Assembly: GCA_035691665.1 (NCBI GenBank)
Contig: DASSIS010000007.1
Location: forward strand, 1,549 to 65,548
Reading direction: 5' to 3'
From: Gammaproteobacteria bacterium
GTDB taxonomy: Bacteria > Pseudomonadota > Gammaproteobacteria > Natronospirales > REEB76
DNA length: 64,000 nucleotides
The first letter of the stretch is position 1, and each line of letters starts with the position of its first letter. A model generated the notes under the pieces. The model worked only from the letters and a program-made list of their open reading frames with translations, was not told the DNA's origin and searched no databases. Below are positions 63,378 through 64,000 of the stretch, in pieces. Position numbers and translations under genes: made by a program.

Positions 63378-64000
63378 TCAGCCCTCATCCAGGTCGGTGT
63401 CTTCGGAAACCTCATACAAGGGCACCGTCATGCGCACCGTAGTCCCCGCGCCGGGTATGGATCCGATGCTGAACTCGCCGCCCACGAGCCGGGCGCGTTC
63501 CTCCATGGCCAGGATCCCGAGGCTGGCGCCGTCGTTCGCCCGGGTACGCGCCGCCGCCACGTCGAATCCGCGGCCGTCGTCCTGCACGATGAGCTCCAGC
63601 CCCATACCCGCCATGGCGAGATAGATGCTGAGGTTCTTCGCCTGCCCGTGGCGCAGCGCGTTGGTCGCCGCACCCTGGATCACGCGGAAGCAGGCGCTCT
63701 CCACGTCCGCCGAGAGGCGTCCGAGCCCGGCCGGCGCATCGACCTCGACCTGTAGGCCCGCGGGCTTCAGTCGCTCCCGGGAATACCAGTTCACCGCCGC
63801 CGTGAGCCCCAGGTCGTCCAGCACCGAGGGCCGCAGGTCCAGGGACATGTCCCGCGCCTGTTTGAGCAGCACCGTCACGATGTCACGGCTTTCCTGCGAG
63901 AGGTGCCGCGAATCCTCCGGCAGTTTGTCCTCCATGCCCTTGAGCTGCATCTGCAGGGCGGTGAGCGCCGAGCCCACCTCGTCGTGCAGCTCGCGCGCGA
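63378..64000 (-). CDS. HisKA_3-type sensor histidine kinase, N-terminal part outside window
   Basis: Window end translates ..RELHDEVGSALTALQMQ (H-box); HATPase_c N/G boxes (ATNALRHG, DDGRGFD, GILAMEERA..GG). Confidence 0.85.
   Translation of the reverse strand, partial: ARELHDEVGSALTALQMQLKGMEDKLPEDSRHLSQESRDIVTVLLKQARDMSLDLRPSVLDDLGLTAAVNWYSRERLKPAGLQVEVDAPAGLGRLSADVESACFRVIQGAATNALRHGQAKNLSIYLAMAGMGLELIVQDDGRGFDVAAARTRANDGASLGILAMEERARLVGGEFSIGSIPGAGTTVRMTVPLYEVSEDTDLDEG

Noticed and set aside
1-64000. Scan for CRISPR arrays, rRNA and tRNA genes
   Set aside because: No regularly spaced short repeats, no rRNA-like conserved blocks and no cloverleaf-compatible sequences were noticed by eye. 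A tRNAscan/Infernal run would be needed to be definitive.

Overview
High-GC proteobacterial chromosome segment (RNase T and LpoB-like genes suggest a gammaproteobacterium). All calls rest on reading the ORF translations and the nucleotide sequence by eye; no BLAST, HMM or folding was run.

Layout:
- 1-1.7 kb: left edge of a bufferin-type RiPP locus (DUF2282 precursor, DUF692, DUF2063).
- 2-23 kb: housekeeping genes: rhlE, can, aceE-aceF-lpdA, M17 peptidase, pyrC, rnt, grxD, nadC, fadE.
- 23-32 kb: c-di-GMP block with two tandem GAF-GGDEF-EAL paralogues and a PAS-GGDEF(deg)-EAL gene.
- 32.6-36.1 kb: four-lipoprotein operon (LPP20 / TPR / LpoB-like / LPP20).
- 36-38.5 kb: MGMT-like gene and a PadR plus membrane partner pair.
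- 38.5-59.2 kb: defective podovirus-like prophage, almost all on the minus strand. It has scaffold, N4-gp56-type capsid, decoration, tail, ejection, tail fibre and lysis genes. No portal, terminase or integrase lies in the window.
- 59.4-64 kb: HD-GYP, degenerate GGDEF-EAL, TetR and a partial HisKA_3 kinase.

Most interesting observations:
1. Two prophage proteins share an N-terminal module of about 45 aa but carry different hydrolase-like C-terminal domains. Each is followed by a small exported or membrane protein, which is the layout of polymorphic effector/immunity loci. One pair sits in a cassette flanked by ~107-nt direct repeats.
2. A 5.4-kb envelope-directed cargo island is wedged between the scaffold and capsid genes. 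It is marked by a duplicated remnant of the scaffold 3' end.
3. A ~126-nt near-palindromic repeat family has four copies. One fills the aceE-aceF spacer and three bracket phage structural genes. Two-sided substitutions preserve arm pairing.
4. A low-GC XRE plus nucleotidyltransferase-fold two-gene module, with its own terminators and palindromic operator candidate, lies inside the phage structural region.

No tRNA, rRNA or CRISPR array was seen.
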